Source: Octopus vulgaris (lineage: Eukaryota). From it: a stretch of 64,000 nt of DNA. The notes below the pieces were generated by a model. That model saw nothing but the letters and a program-made list of their open reading frames with translations. It had not been told where the DNA came from and ran no database searches. The stretch spans positions 124,434,001-124,498,000 of the forward strand of contig OX597819.1 in assembly GCA_951406725.2 (NCBI GenBank), given 5' to 3'. Numbering within the stretch: the stretch's first letter is position 1; every line of letters starts with the position of its first letter. Shown here one piece after another: positions 62,513-64,000 of the stretch. The translations under genes were made by a program, and so were the position numbers.

Positions 62513-62820
62513 AGGCGGCAAGCTGGCAGAATCGTTAGCACGCCGGGCGAAATGCGTAGCCGTATTTCGTCTGCCTAAACACTCTACTTGGGTCCTCATC
62601 CAGTCCACTCAACCTCTCCTCATAGATCTCGCAACCACCCCCTTTGCATGATTCTTCATGTTATTATACCTCAGTTCTGAGTTCAAATTCCGCCGAGGTC
62701 GACTTTGCCTTTCATCCTTTCGGGGTCAATAAATTAAGTACCAGTTACGCACTGGTGTCGATGTAATCGACTTAATCCGTTCGTCTGTCCTTGTTTAGCC
62801 TCTTGTGGGCAATAAAGAAA
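62513..62820 (+). mobile_element. Meta-core SINE carrying a ~100-bp LINE-derived insert
   Basis: Family match interrupted at 62574-62675. Confidence 0.85.
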
Positions 62821-62834
62821 TATATACCTTATAC

Positions 62835-63067
62835 CTATTTCTTTATTACCCACAAGGGGCTAAACACAGAGGGGACAAACAAGGACAGACATAGGTATTA
62901 AGTCGATTTCATCGACCCCAGTGCGTAACTGGTACTTAATTTATCGACCCCGAAAGGATGAAAGACAAAGTCGACCTCGGCGGAATTTGAACTCACAACG
63001 TAACGCAGACGAAATACCGCTAAGCATTTCGCCCAGCGTGCTAACGATTATGCCAGCTCACCGCCTT
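62835..63067 (-). mobile_element. Meta-core SINE, tail-to-tail with the previous copy
   Basis: TSD TATATACCTTATACCT (62821-62836, 63068-63083). Confidence 0.87.
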
Positions 63068-63724
63068 TATATACCTTATACCTTTTATTTGTTTCAGTCA
63101 TTAGACTGCGGCCATGCTGGAGCACCGCCTACTCGACTCCGGTAGTTATTGTCTTTTTAAGCCTGGTACTTATTCTATTTGTTGTCAAGCGGTGGTGGGG
63201 ACAAACACAAAGACACACACATACGACGGGCTTCTTTCAGTTTCCGTCAACCAAATCCACTCACAAGGCATTGGTCAGCTTGAAGCTATAGTAGAAGACA
63301 GGAATTTCTTTTGACCTGAAGAGCTAGCTTAGTACTTACATTAAGTTAAAGATTGTATATATATATATATATATTAATGCAGACATATTAATTATGTATA
63401 TATATATTAAAGGTTGTATATCATCATCATCATCATCATCATTTAGCGTCCGTTTTCCATGCTAGCATGGGTTGGACGGTTCAACTGGCAGTGTTTCTAC
63501 GGCTGGATGCCCTTCCTAACGCCATATATATATATATCAATAAATGTTTATTAAGCCGTGGAACAATTAATTGTCATATAAGAATTTCCAGTGGTAGAAT
63601 AAATTTTATCTAAGTATATTTCTTATTATATATAATTTTATACACTCCTTATATTCTCTTTTGCATTGTACTATGTATTCTACATTTTGTAGAATGATAT
63701 GTTGAGGAGGTTTTTTTATGAGTA

Positions 63725-63953
63725 CCATTGGATTAGTTGAATCCCATCAGATTGTGGCCGTTTGCCAGCCTCGTCTGGCACCTGTGCCGGTGGCATGCAA
63801 AAGCACCCACTACACTCACGGAGTGGTTGGCGTTAGGAAGGGCATCCAGCCGTAGAAACATTGCCAGATCAGACTGGGCCTGGTGCAGCCTTCTGGCTTC
63901 CCAGACCCCAGTTGAACCGTCCAACCCATGCTAGCATGGAAAGCGGATGCTAA

Positions 63954-63985
<32 letters not shown>
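63725..63985 (+). mobile_element. RTE-tail retroposon copy with a long (GAT)n tail
   Basis: Family match. Confidence 0.85.
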
Positions 63986-64000
63986 AGATTCAGATGAATA

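Overview
AT-rich, repeat-saturated eukaryotic (metazoan) genomic DNA. The SINE/LINE families suggest a cephalopod such as Octopus (inference, not verified). Two spliced protein-coding genes, which the ORF track captures only in fragments, were assembled by hand from GT-AG boundaries and reading-frame continuity. (1) A complete 11-exon NPRL2 (GATOR1 subunit) gene on the minus strand, ATG 45408 to TGA 15129, 1149-nt CDS, 382 aa. (2) A convergent 5-coding-exon plus-strand gene, ATG 2056 to stop 12408, about 283 aa, with divergent ankyrin-like repeats. The rest is introns and intergenic DNA holding tRNA-derived SINEs, RTE/CR1/R4-Dong/Hero-like LINE fragments, Penelope-like pieces, a decayed Tc1, a piggyBac transposase relic, a deleted Gypsy element, MITEs (hAT, TTAA/piggyBac-type, 8-bp-TSD Merlin-like), two non-autonomous Helitrons, a 28S rRNA retro-fragment and microsatellites. 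The most notable observations are RNA-level: two well-formed hammerhead-ribozyme motifs (one in the sense strand of NPRL2 intron 4), an HDV-like ribozyme candidate at the 5' end of an RTE-derived element upstream of NPRL2, and several long inverted repeats positioned next to NPRL2 exons. No prokaryote-type system (CRISPR, operon) is supported. Repeat boundaries are approximate unless a TSD/TIR is cited.
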